From the human T2T-CHM13v2.0 reference genome, Homo sapiens, in assembly GCF_009914755.1 (NCBI RefSeq), contig NC_060941.1: a stretch of DNA of 64,000 nucleotides. One strand, 5' to 3'. Every line of letters begins with the position of its first letter. The first letter of the stretch is position 1. Shown here piece after piece: positions 14,406 to 28,191 of this stretch. The notes under the pieces are model-generated. The model did no database searches and was not told the DNA's origin. It was given only the letters and a program-made list of their open reading frames with translations. The translations under genes and the position numbers were made by a program.

Positions 14406-16160
14406 TAATTATTTACAAGTGACTCCGAATCATCTAAATGTGAATTGGATTATTCATAGATAACTGAGCATGCTTTAGTAATGTTTTCTCCATGTTTCTA
14501 TTTAACATGTTTTTATATAATTAAAATTCAAATTTTAATATTAATCGATAATCTTAGTGTTCAATAATAGACTAGTAGTATTGAAAAGGAGACCTTATTT
14601 CTAAAGATCAGCTCTAGAGTAATTACCTCATTTTTAAGTTCTCACAATGATTGATTTTCTGAGAATACGGAGCTGGTGAATTGGCTGCCTAGAACTAGAA
14701 TATTGGTCTTGAAACTTCTTTGGTGTAACGTATTCATTTCCTACTACATGCATTACTCATGAATGAATACATGACATGAATACATTTAATTAGTAATTGA
14801 ATAAATGCAGAAACTTCAACGTTAAAATGTTTTTTTTTTTTTAAGGTGTTGGTTATGGAATAATTGGGAGATGCAAAGATGGCTGCCTATACTTTGTTCT
14901 TAATTTGGGGAAGGTTTAATTGAGACCTTGAATTTAAATTTGAAAAACTTTTCATTTCAAATTTGCCATAATTTATTTTCTCTCTAATGTAGGTTTTAAA
15001 CATTTTTCACCCTTCTAAGCTGACCTTTGGAATTCTTTAAAAACACACATGTAGATGTTGGGGTAGCTTGATGTCCCAGTGCCTTGGATCTTAGAAAGGA
15101 ATTCATGTTGTGAAATAAATATGATCCTTGTTTTAAGTTTGTTTTGGACTTAAAGGTCATTCTGCAACAAATTAGTTCACAAAGATGACATAACAGCAAA
15201 GCAAATAGTGGCACTTGGAGCAGAATTTGAGCTTCTGAATAAAAATTCAAATTAGCCAAAATAAAATAAAATAAAAAAGTTAAATTGAAAGTGGGTGGAT
15301 AGTACACATGGCCTCAGTTCCAGATGTCCCTTTTATGATTTCAAGGTGACATTCTGTGACTGACTGAAGTGCCAGGTTAAGAAGTCAGTGTCCATAAGAC
15401 ATTGTCAAAAATCCCAAGCACAGTCTCATACTAAAAGATCAGTTCTTTTGAAAGAGAGCTTTTCACTTGTTTTGAAGTTTCTGAACCCATGAAACCAACC
15501 AAGGTGGGGAATCTGGGCTCTTTTTCCCCCACCGTCTTTACCCCATCTGAATTGAGTGTTTCTCTAGGACTGCTTCCACAGTGAGGTAAACTCCAGGGCA
15601 GAGGGGCTGCTTTAAAGCAAATGAGGCCCTTAATTTATCATAAAAATGAAGACTAGTTGTTAAGGTTTTATTGGATTACAATAAAGGCTCCTAGCACTAG
15701 GAGTCTGTGGTTTGATTCCCGGCATCACTGGGGGAGCTTGAAATCATAACCACAGATTATAGCAATGAGCTTCCAAATTTCCATATCCTAAGCAAAGATG
15801 CTGCTTTCCTGGAGCTGATGTGGAATTACATGCTCTGTGATTTTAGGATATGTATTGGAAAATTTTCTGTTTGGATATCATTTCAGGAGGGCTGTGATTC
15901 TCCAATCACCTCTGTGGTCACAGCTTCAATGTTCTTAAAAAAAGAAAGAAAAATAATAAAGCAAAATGAAACAAAAGATGATTGTTGTAACTCCCTAGAT
16001 TCTGTCCTCTTGTACAGCTCGAATGTTTTCATTAATTTTTTTTTCTTTCAGTGAGTTCAGTAAAAGTTCTTACCAGGCCATTTTAGGTTGTAGCAGTAGC
16101 TTAAGCAGATCATTTAGGTCTACCTCTCTTCCCAGACTCCGTATGATAAGATTGTGTTTT

Positions 16161-16401
16161 CTGCATGTTCTCACTCATAGGTGGGAATTGAACAATGAGA
16201 ACACATGGACACAGGAAGGGGAACATCACACACTGGGGCCTGTTGTGGGGTGGGGGGAGGCGGGAGGGATAGCTTTAGGAGATATACCTAATGCTAAATG
16301 ACGAGTTAATGGGTGCAGCACACCAACATGGCACATGTATACATATGTTACAAACCTGCACGTTGTGCACATGTACCCTAAAACTTAAAGTATAATAAAA
16401 A
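16161..16401 (+). mobile_element. Heavily 5'-truncated L1PA (L1PA4/5-like) 3' UTR
   Basis: L1 3' UTR with short A-tail; perfect 13-bp TSD aagattgtgtttt (16148-16160, 16402-16414). Confidence 0.93.
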
Positions 16402-16642
16402 AAGATTGTGTTTTATCAGATAGACTCTAAAATCTGCCCTCTCTCATGTAAATTGTACATATATGTTAAAAAACACATACACAGATATAAAAATCAATCC
16501 ATCTACATATATGCGTATACCATACATATAACTACAATTATATATTTAGTGATATGTATGGATATATATTTATATACTTTTTTAGCCTGGCAGAGAGACC
16601 ATGTTGGAGCATATTGAAATGAAGGAATGGGTAAGTGGAAAA

Positions 16643-17422
<780 letters not shown>

Positions 17423-18149
17423 GAAGATATAAAGAGATACATTTTATTTTTCTTCTTGTAAGATATATCTGATTGAACTGGTAAGGAAAAATAATGTCAA
17501 TTTGAGTTTCTTTCTTTCTCAGATTCATTGGCACATATACATGTACTTAACTGAATGGGAACAAAACCTGTAAAAACTCATACGCACCCATCATACTGCC
17601 TGAACCTCCTGGCTGTATTTGTTCTTCATTATCTAGCCTCAGAACTACCCCAACATTTTAGGAAGCCTTGTCTTTCTTTTCACAGTTGGAGAGAAAAGCG
17701 TTGATCTGTTTGGGAAGGAGAATCAGTGCCTAGCATTTTGTCTTTTGCCTGGTCCATTGACAGTTTGCGTTTTCTTCCTCCACTTCTGAATATGAGCAAA
17801 TCATTTGGTGTTTTCTCTGCATAATTAAGGTGCTCTTTTCTAAAAAAGCATAATCACAGAAAACTCAGACTTAATAAGGAAGTATCTTATCTCACAGAAG
17901 TGGAAATCCAGAAATAGGGTCCTGGGGGTACTTTCACTAGTGGCTCAATAATGCCACCAAGGACTTTGGCTGATTGGATTTTTGTTCCCAAATTTTTATT
18001 TCTTCTCTGTAAGAGGATTAAATGTTTCTGCCTATGGTCACATGACTTGCCCTGTCCTTATGGGAAGAGGATTCTCCACTCTCTTCACTCCCCCACCAAC
18101 CCCCTTAGCCCTCACCTTATTGACTTTGGGCTTAGCCCATACATAACAT

Positions 18150-18505
18150 GCTCTGGACAGTAGGGAGACAGCAAGCATGACACATCCATGTAGAAAGTTT
18201 TCTGGAGTAGGTTGGCCCCAGTTCCCTTTGCAAGCTGCTGCCTTACGACTTCTGCCAAATGTTTCTACTCTTAAGGAAACACAGAATGAGACAGCCCCTT
18301 TCTGCCTCTGGATATTGAGAGCAGCAGGTCTCAGTAGTGGCTGCTGTTTAGCCTGGGTCTGAAATGAGAAGACACTTGGGGGTGAATGGAGGCCAGAAGT
18401 CCCACAGCCCTCACATGACAAAGGGAAAGAAAAGTGTGTAGTGTGTTGCCTTAAGCCACTAACACATTGGAGCTGTTTATGGTTGCAGGAAAAGCTAATT
18501 TTAGA
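18150..18505 (+). mobile_element. MLT1I/J-like LTR fragment
   Basis: 3' end motif ttaagccactaacacattggagctgtttatggttgcagg. Confidence 0.5.
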
Positions 18506-18649
18506 ATCCAATGTTCTTCCATACTTCCATCTCTGTCACTGCCAGTAAAGCCTGCTTTCTAAAGCTCATTTTCCTTGTGGTGGGAGAAGGGCAGGAGCAG
18601 ATTCAAGCATCACCTCCAGATGTGACAATAGCCAGAGGCAGAAAGGGGC

Positions 18650-20929
18650 TGTATTAGTCTGTTTTCATGTTCTGGTAAAGACATACCCTAGACTGGGAAG
18701 ATAAAGAGGCTTAGTTGGACTTACAGTTCCACATTGCTGGGGAGACCTCAGAATCATGGCAGAAGGTGAAAGGTGCTTTTTACATGGTGGCAGCAGGAGA
18801 GAATGAGGAAGAAGCAAAAGCAGAACCCCCTGATAAATCCATCATATCTCTTGAGACTAATTCACTATTATGAGAATAGCATGGGAAAAACCAGCCGCAA
18901 TGATTCAATTACCTCCCCCTGGATCCTTCCCATAGCATGTGGGAATTCTGGGAGATACAATTCAAGTTGAGATTTGAGTGGGGACACAGCCAAATCATAT
19001 CATTCCACCCCTGGCCCCTCCAAATCTCATGTCCTCACATTTCAAAACCAATCATGCCTTCTCAACAGTCCCCTAAAGTCTTAACTCATTTCAGCATTAA
19101 CCCAAAAGTCCACAGTCCAAAGTCTGATCTGAGACAAGGCAAGTCCCTTCTGCCTATGAGCCTGTAAAATCAAAAGCAAGTTAGTTACTTCCTAGATACA
19201 ATAGGGGTACAGGTATTGGGTAAATACAGCCATTCCAAGTGGGAGAAATTGGCCAAAACAAAGGGGTCACAGGGCCCAAGCAAGTCCAAAATCCAGCGGG
19301 GCAATCAAATTTTAAAGCTCCAAAATGATCTCCTTTGACTCCACGTCTCACATCCAGGTCACACTGATGCAAGAGGTGGGTTCCCATGGTCTTGGGCATC
19401 CCTGTGGCTTTGCAGGGTACAGCCTCCCTTCCAGCTGCTTTCATGGCTGGCATTGAGTGTCTGTGGCTACTCCAGGTGCATGGTGCAAGCTGTTGGTGGA
19501 TCTACCATTCTGGGGTCTGCAGAACAGTGGCCCTCTTTTCACAGCTCCACTAGGCACTGCCCCAGTAGAGACTCTATGTGGGGCCTCTGACCAACCCCAC
19601 ATTTCCCTTCCACACTGCCCTAGCAGAGGTTCTCCATGAGGGCACTGCCCCTGCAGCAGACTTTTGCCTGAGCATCCAGGTGTTTCCATAGATCTTCCGA
19701 AATCTAAGCAGAGGTTCCCAAACCTCAATTCTTGACTTCTGTGCACCTGCAGGCTCAACACCACATGGAAGCCACTGAGGCTTGAGGCTTCCACCCTCTG
19801 AAACCACAGTCCAAGCTGTATGTTGGCCCCTTTCAGCCATGGCTGGAGCAACTGGGACATAGGTCACCAAGTCCCTAGGCTGCACACAGCTCAGGGACCC
19901 TGGGCCTGGCCCACAAAACCATTTTGTCCTCCTGGGCCTCCAGGCCTGTGATGGGAGGGGCTGTCATGAAGGTCTCTGACATGGCCTGGAGACATTTTCC
20001 CCATGGTCTTGGGGATTAACATTAGGCTCCTTGCTGCTTATGCAAATTTCTGCAGCAGGCTTGAATTTCTACCCAGAAAATGGGTTTTTCTTTTCTATCA
20101 CATAGGCTGCACATTTTCCACTTTAATGCTCCGCTTCCCTTATAAAACTGAATGCCTTTAACAGTACCTAAGTCACATTTTGAATGCTTTGCTGCTAAGT
20201 GGAAACTTCTTCCACCAGACACCCTAAATCACCTTTCTCAAGTTCAAAGTCCCACAAATCTCTAGGGCAGGGGCAAAATGCCACCAATCTCTTTGCTAAA
20301 ACATAATAAGAGCCACCTTTACTCCAGTTCCCAACAAGTTCCTCATCTCCATCTGAGACCACCTCAGCCTGAACCTTATTGTCCATATTGCTATCAGCAT
20401 TTTGGGCAAAGGCACTCAACAAGTCTTTAGGAAGTTCCAAACTTTCCCGCATTTTCCTGTCTTCTTCTGAGCCCTCCAAACCATTCCAACGTCTGCCTGT
20501 TATCCAGTTCCAAAGTTGCTTCCACATTTTTGGGTATCTTTTCAGCAACACCCCACTCTACTGGTACCAATGTACGGTATTAGTCTGTTTTCATGCAGCT
20601 GATAAAGACATACCCTAGACTGGGATTAAAAAGAGGTTTAATTGGACTTATAGTTCCACATGCCTGGGGAGGCCTCAGAATCATGGCAGAAGGCAGAAGG
20701 TGCTTCTTACCTGGTGGCAGCAAGAGAGAATGAAGAAGAAGCAAAAGTGGAAACCCCTGATAAACCCATCAGATCTTGTGAGACTAATTCACTCTCATGA
20801 GAAAAACATGGGAAAGACCAGCTGCCATGATTCAATTACCTCTCCCTGGGTCCCTCCCACAACACATGGGAATTCTGGGAGATACAATTCAAGTTGAGGT
20901 TTTGGTGGGGATACAGCCAAACCATATCA
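18650..20929 (-). mobile_element. Complete THE1A MaLR provirus (LTR 18650-19002, internal 19003-20575, LTR 20576-20929)
   Basis: Two similar LTRs of about 353 bp around a 1.57-kb THE1 internal region; 5-bp TSD ggggc/gggac. Confidence 0.9.
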
Positions 20930-21486
20930 GGGACTGTCTCATTCTGTGTTTCCTTAAGAGTGGAAACATTTTGCAGATGCCACATGGCAGGCCTCTGTTG
21001 GAGCATCAGTTAGTAGAACTTTGCCCTGAACTTCATCATTGGCAAGGAAAACAGTATCACCATGACTGACCCGTGTCAATCAGGGCTCCCCCTCAGCAGG
21101 AATAGCCGACCCTCTTTTGAATCATACATGTGGGGTGGGATGGAGGCGGTAATAATTAGATACCTTAACAAAATGAGGCTTTTGCCAACCAGGAAAAAGG
21201 GAGAAATGTAAGTTGATAAGCAATCCCAAATACTCACTACACTCTCCTTCCTCTCTGACTTTTCTTACACCTCTTCTTTGCCTTTGTCTTCTCTCTGACC
21301 ACCCCTGTCTCTCTCCCACCCATGCATCAGTTATCCCTGTCATTTCCTCTTTTTTCTTTATTTTGCTCTTTTTGTCATCCTGTTACTTGTACTCTGCTTC
21401 CCTCAAAATATGAGATATTCAGGAAAGAGAGGCTCTGGCCAGGATTTATTGAGAACAATTTTTTCAAATTTATGTTTGTTTCTCAG

Positions 21487-21851
21487 TGATATGGTTTGGC
21501 TGTGTCCCCACCCAAATATCATCTTTAATTGTAGCTCCCATAATTCCCGTGTGTTGTGGGAAGGGACCCGGGGGAGATAATTGAATCATGGGGGTGGTTT
21601 CCCCCATAGTGTCCTCATGGTAGTGAATAAGTCTCATGAGATCTGATGGTTTTATAAAAAGGGGAAATCCCTTTCACTTGGTTCTCATTCTCTGTTGTCT
21701 GTCACCATGTAAGACGTGCCTTTCACCTTCCACCATGATTGAGAGGCCTCCCAGGCCACGTGGAACTGTGAGTCCATTAAACCTCTTTTTCTTTACAAAT
21801 TTCCCAGTCTTGGGTATATCTTTATCAGCGGCATGAAAACGGACTAATACA
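21487..21851 (+). mobile_element. THE1B/C solo LTR
   Basis: tgatatggtttggctgtgtcccc ... ggactaataca; TSD ctcag/ctcac. Confidence 0.9.
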
Positions 21852-22532
21852 CTCACTTTTAGTCCAGCAGAGAATCAACTCACCAATGCACTGGTGCAAC
21901 CTGAAGTCTTGGTTTCTAAGAGGTTCTGAATTCACCTGTATCCCACCAAGCTTCTCTATTCAGTCCCAGAGGTTTTCTGGGTGCCAACCTTTTGAGGATT
22001 AGAGAGAAGAGGGAACTGTTTCTTTGTTTTCAACTTGTAAAGTCTAGAATGGAGCTAGGACTCCAGGGGAGGTGACGGTTTTTGGTGAGAGCACTGCCTA
22101 CCTCTGGACAGTCCTAATATTCTGAGAAACACAGTTTCTAGGTTTTCCTGAAATGTCCTGTTTCCCAACTTTCAGCCTTAGTTCAAAGGCCAGAGCAAGA
22201 GCCCCAGATGATAAACTTCTAGGAGGCTTCAAGGAAAGGTGAAAAGCAGGAGCTTGAACAAGCATCGAGTATTCCGTTATAACACATGGATTTCCAGAAT
22301 AGTGTTCACAAGACTGTGTTCCATTGAAGGCTGTTAGTAATAGTTCTTAAAAACAAACAAACCTGTATGTACTGAGAGTGTTTGCCAAAATACATCTTAA
22401 GTGTTTTCTCTTTTTAAATCCAAGTGTGATATGACTTCTTCTTTGCCATAATATCAGATATATTGATTACTTTCTTTTTCAAAGGTAGAACAGTACCGAG
22501 ATTGATTGTTAAGATCCTAGAAACAGACGGCC

Positions 22533-23078
22533 TGTATTAGTCAGGGTTCTCTAGAGGCACAGGACTAATAGGATAAATGTATATATGAAAGGGAATTTAT
22601 TAAGGAGTATTGACTCACACAATCACAAGGTCAAGTCCCACAACGGGCCGTCTGCAAGCTAAGGAGCAAGGAAGCCAGTCCGAGTCCCAAAACCTCAAAC
22701 GTAGGGAAGCTGACAGTGCAGTCTTCAGTCTGTGGCTGAAGGGCAGAGAGCCACTGGCAAACTACTGCTGTAGGTCCAAGAGTCCAAAAGCTGAAGAACT
22801 TGGAGTCCGATGTTTGAGGGCAGAAAGCATCCAGCAAGGGAGAAAGATGAGGGCCAGAAGACTTAGCCAGTCTAGTCTTTCCAAGTTCCTCTGCCTGTTT
22901 TTATCCTAGCCATGCTGGTAGCTGATTAGACGGTTCCCAGCCAGATTAATGGCAGATCTGCCTCTCCTAGTCCACTGACTCAAATGTTAATCTCCATTGG
23001 CAACACCCTCACAGACACACCCAGGAACAATATTTTATATCCTTCAATCTATCAAGATTGACAATACTAACCATCACA
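22533..23078 (-). mobile_element. MLT2A-type (HERV-L) solo LTR inserted in a MIR
   Basis: tgtattagtcagggttctctagagg ... taaccatcaca; TSD cggcc/ctgcc; MIR core follows near 23135. Confidence 0.85.
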
Positions 23079-23345
23079 CTGCCTAAGATTTATCCCACCC
23101 AACCTTATCATTTAATATCTGTTTAGCTCCTTTATGCCTCAGTTCCCTCATTGATAAATCTGGGATACTAATATGTATAGTTACGTAGCAACAAAATGAG
23201 ATACTTTATGTAGTAAATATCATATAAGAATTCTTATTTTCAATGAATCTCTTTCTCTTTCCTCCATTTCTTCTCCCCCATTTCTTAAGCCCCAAAGACA
23301 GTGTTTTATAATCAGTTGAATCTTCAGAAGAGGCACATCTATGTA

Positions 23346-23835
23346 CAATAGTCCCCCACTAATCCATGGGGAATATATTCCAAGACCCTCAGTGGATGCC
23401 TGAAACCTTGGATAACATGAGACCCTCTATGCGTTATGTTTCTTCCTATGCATACTTACTACCTATGTTAAAGTATAATTTATAAATTAGGCACAAGACT
23501 CTTGCACTTTTGAACCATTATGAAGTAAAACAAGGATTACTTGAACATAACACCACAATACCTGGACAGTTGACCTGATAACTGAGGTGTCTACTAAGTG
23601 ACTGACAGGTGAGTAGTGTTTATAGTGTGGAGATGCTGGAGAAAGGGATGAGTCATGTTCCAGGTGGAATAGAGAGGGACGGCTTGAGATTTTATCAATC
23701 TACTCAGAATGGCATGCAATTTGTAACTATGAATTGTTTATTTTTTGAATTTTCCATTTAATGTTTTTGGACCCTGTTTGATAGTGGGTAACTGAAAACA
23801 CAGAAAGAGAAACTGCAGATAAGGGGGGATTACTG
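23346..23835 (-). mobile_element. MER44 (Tigger7-derived) DNA transposon
   Basis: TIRs caatagtcccccactaatcc / gataaggggggattactg, with TA on both flanks. Confidence 0.85.
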
Positions 23836-24012
23836 TACAGAGACCTGGAAGTATGTACATTAAATCATCAGGAGGAAAAAATATAGGATGGGACATGTCT
23901 GTAGGTATAAAACAGTCTTTTTGCTGTTGCTCTTTCTTTTAAAAAATGCATGTGAGCTTAGATAGATATATGTTTATAAATAGAGTAATATTAGGAGGTT
24001 GTCCTAAATGAT

Positions 24013-24520
24013 TAGTATTAGTCAGTATTCTACAGAGAAACAGAATAAGTAGGATATGTATGTGTTTGTGTGTGTGTATGTGTGTGTGTGTGTGTTTATG
24101 TTTATAATGAGAAATTGGCTCACAGATTAAGGAGGCTGAGAAGACTTAGAATCAGCTGTCCAAGTTGGGGATCCTAGAAATACAGTGGTATAACTCAGGC
24201 CAAGTCCAAAGGCCTGGGAGCCAATGTCGTAGATCCCAGTCCAAGGGCCGGAGAAGATGAGATGGGATGTTCAAGCTCAAACTGTGAGGGAGGAAAGAAA
24301 AAGAATGACTTCTTCCTTTCTCCACTTTTTATTCTATTCAGAACCTCAGTGGATTGGATGATGCCCACTCACATTGGGCAGAGCCGTCTACTTTACTGAG
24401 TCCACTGATTCAAATGCTGATCTCATCCAGAAACACCTCCACAGACACACCCAGAAATAACATTGAATCTGGGTACCCTGTGGCCAGTCAACTGGACACA
24501 TAAAATTAACCACCATCATA
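24013..24520 (-). mobile_element. MLT2B/D-type ERVL LTR containing a (TG)n tract at 24061-24095
   Basis: gtattagtcagtattctacagagaaacagaa ... cataaaattaaccacca. Confidence 0.8.
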
Positions 24521-24651
24521 GTATGAACATGGAGGATAGTTCTACTTCTTGTATTATTTTACTAAAAATGATAGGAATATGAATAATCTTTAATTTTTTT
24601 GTTTTCAATATTTTCATATGACATGTATTTAAGTTATTCATGTCTATATTC

Positions 24652-24955
<304 letters not shown>

Positions 24956-25625
24956 TAGAAACATCTACTGAATCATTAGAAACTTATAATGTTATTATTG
25001 GTAAATTGGAAGGGTCTGAGGAACATTAAAGTTAAAATAAGGGACCATGTTATGGGGCACAGAGCAGCACACCATGGTGATGTGGTTATTGATTATGGAG
25101 CATGAACAAAAAACAGAGCAGCTTTTCTTTTTTTCCCATGGCACCACTCCTGACCTGTCCCTTCTAGTGGTCATAGCTAACTTGGGGAAGACTGAATAGG
25201 CATTTGTGAATTTTTGAGTGTAGGTCTGTGTGAGAATTTGTATCAGTCCCACCCACCCCACTCCAGATGTAAGGAAACAGCAGTGGCCTGAGCTCTTGCA
25301 ATCTCGATCTTGCATCTTGACATCCTTTGACATTCTGGAGTACCTTGTAAATCTCTTTCACCTGCTGTGATGGGGGCTGTGATATGGTATATTTTTGCTA
25401 CCATGTCCACCTTCTCTTTCCTGCTGCTACCACTGTCCCACCACATATTTTTTTTTAGACAATGTAAATTTATTGATTGACAATCATTATGTTCTGTGTA
25501 AGAAGTTAAGGAATATCTGAAAGAATATCTGCATGTTCATACCCTAGCAATTTCACAAATGCATGTGCTGTTGTTAGGCTAATGTGTGGGCAGATGTGAA
25601 ACTCACTTCTTTCTTATAAAATTAA

Positions 25626-25790
<165 letters not shown>

Positions 25791-25809
25791 TGAAACCCAC
25801 TTCTACAGG

Positions 25810-26340
25810 ACAAAGTAGGAACTCCTCATTATGCTGTGCAAGGCCTTTATGATCTTCTCAGTGCCCATCTCCCTCTTTTCTCTCCCTATATCCCAACCAC
25901 AAAATTGCTTGTATGTCTGCAATTGCAGTGGTCCCTCAAGCCCCTATGATTTCGTACCTGCTGTTAACTCTTCATAAAACGTCTTTTGCCATCTTCTTTA
26001 TCTTATCAACCTGAAAAATAATCTACTAGTCCTTTCTGATTTCATCTTGAAGTCTGCTTCCTTGTCAAAACCTTCTTTGACCTTTCCAGGTAGCGTTAAA
26101 TGTTTACCATTTACATATTAAATGTAGAGTTAAATGGGCTTCCATTGTTCCTATGGCTAGTATAATCTATATCCACTTACTGTTATGATTTCTTTGCAGT
26201 CTATTACCTTGGCTAGATTTGGTGCTGTTCAGAAGTAGAAATGATGCACTATTCATTTTGAAAATGAACATCCAGAATATATTATGTGCTTGACAGATGT
26301 GTAAATAAACTCATGATGATTAATAAATATGTAAATGAAT
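25810..26340 (-). mobile_element. L2 LINE fragment
   Basis: caaggcctttatgatct, aaaaccttctttgacc and an L2-like 3' end. Confidence 0.55.
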
Positions 26341-26669
26341 AATTGTAATACAGCTTTTTAGCAAGTGACTACAGAAGCAAATAATCTGTAAATTAATAAT
26401 TGAGTCATTTAACAAAAATAGAAATAGATCATTTATGGAGTCCATAAGTTGAGTTCTAAGGAAGTCAATTGAAAGTCTTCTATTGAAGTTTCACTTCTCC
26501 ATTTCCCATGCATTTCTCAGCTGATTGAATTTCTTGAGAACAACATCATGGATGTGTTGTTGGTTCTACGATGATGAGTTTTATCAACAGTTACATTACA
26601 TGGGCAATGAAAGGCAGAATAGAAGGTCCTTACATTATTAACAAAGACTAAATGTCTTTAATCAAGCCA

Positions 26670-26845
26670 GACATGACAGATTTATAAAACAGAACAATCC
26701 ACTCTTCTCACTAAATTTTTTTAGGCAAATACAGTTATTATTAATAAAATGTTATTTTTATTAACATGTAATAGGCTTATATCACTACAAATCAGGAAAT
26801 AAATTTATTATAAGTATCTCAGTTTTAATTTCTAATAAGATAAAG
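26670..26845 (+). mobile_element. L1MC4/5-like 3' fragment
   Basis: ttaacatgtaataggc...ctcagttttaatttctaata. Confidence 0.5.
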
Positions 26846-26849
26846 CAGA

Positions 26850-28191
26850 ACTTTGGTTCCAAGACCATATATTCTAGCTCTTGGGGAGATAGCACCATAT
26901 AATGGGCTGTCTGATCAACATATATACCACATTTTGAAGGACAATACCCCAACATTTAGGATATTAACCCCAAGCTGATGCTAAAACTAGACCTTCTGAT
27001 CCCTTTAAAACTTTGCTAAGCCTGTTCTGGCATCTCCACCTAATTTGCTATAGGCCATTATCCTCTCCAGTCATCAAGGGGCTATTATTCCAGCAATGTA
27101 TTAGGAAAGGCTCGAGGAGTCTTTGCCAGGAGGTTAAATTTTAAGTCAAACAAAAGTTCCCTTTTACCAGTAAATTAACTCCTATCCAAGCTTATATTGT
27201 GCCCTTCACCATCCTTAGTCCCGTGTCCTCATTTCAATTTCCAGGCATTTTCTCTTGGTTATCCCAAGTACAGAGAAGCCATATCCCTCAGCTATTTTGG
27301 TGATAATTCATTTCCTCCCACAGCAGCAATGCACTTCCTCACCTGGGCTGTACTGAGAATTGACCCTAGTTTTTGATCTAGAAACAATGAGGGGAGCCAA
27401 GGCTCATTTTTGAGCAGTCAAATACCATCCTGCATGGCTTTTGTCTTAGGCGATAGTATTCAGGTCGTGGTATGCTCTTCTTTACTAGTAAGGGCAAGGT
27501 GCTGTTTCTGAACACCTGGAGCGTTCATCAGACTCCAAAGTTCAAAGTTCCTAAGGGCATTTAGGTAGTTCAAAATTCCTAAGGTCATCAGCCTACAAAA
27601 TTTCCACTTAAGTTTATAGGTCCTACTGCTACCTTTTTAGCCCTTTGGGTTTTTATCTAGGGAACATTGTAAGCTGTGAATTCAATCTCTTTGTAACTCC
27701 GCCACTTTTAAGATCAAAGCTTAGGCATGCCTTTCAGCATAGTCTGTCTGCTGGCTGCAGGATGTGTAGGTTTCCCTACAACTCTGTAGATGCCTGTAGG
27801 CTTTCTGGCTCCTATAGCTTGCCATGAGTTGATGGCTAGCTATTCCAGACTGTAATTTTCTTTCTTTAAGCTGCTTAGGACATTTGACAAAAACTATTTT
27901 AACTCTAGAATCTTTACAATTTACATTGCTCTTATATCTTTCCAGAGCTAGAGAACTCCCATAAGCTAGTGTTATAAATTTCCAGTGCCAGAGTAAACGC
28001 ATGATACCTTCTACCTGGACTTGACCCACCACAGGTGAGCATCTTAGTAAGTGTGAGGCTGCAGCCCGCCAGGCTTATCATGACCACACTTACCATCAGC
28101 AGGAGGATGCCCCTTGCCATTGACTGGCAAGTGATTCAATTGCAGAATCTTATCCTGAGGGTAACTATCAAGGGCCAATTTTGGTAGCAAT
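26850..28191 (-). mobile_element. ERVL (HERV16-like) internal region, 5' part
   Basis: Abuts the LTR end (minus strand ...agaca|attgctaccaaaattgg); ERVL-like internal sequence. Confidence 0.6.

Larger units (their letters stand above)
17830..21200 (-). mobile_element. Old MLT1-type LTR fragmented by later insertions (pieces about 17830-17970, 18510-18649, 20930-21200)
   Basis: MLT1-like text resumes across the THE1A insertion (gaggcagaaaggggc | gggactgtctc). Confidence 0.45.
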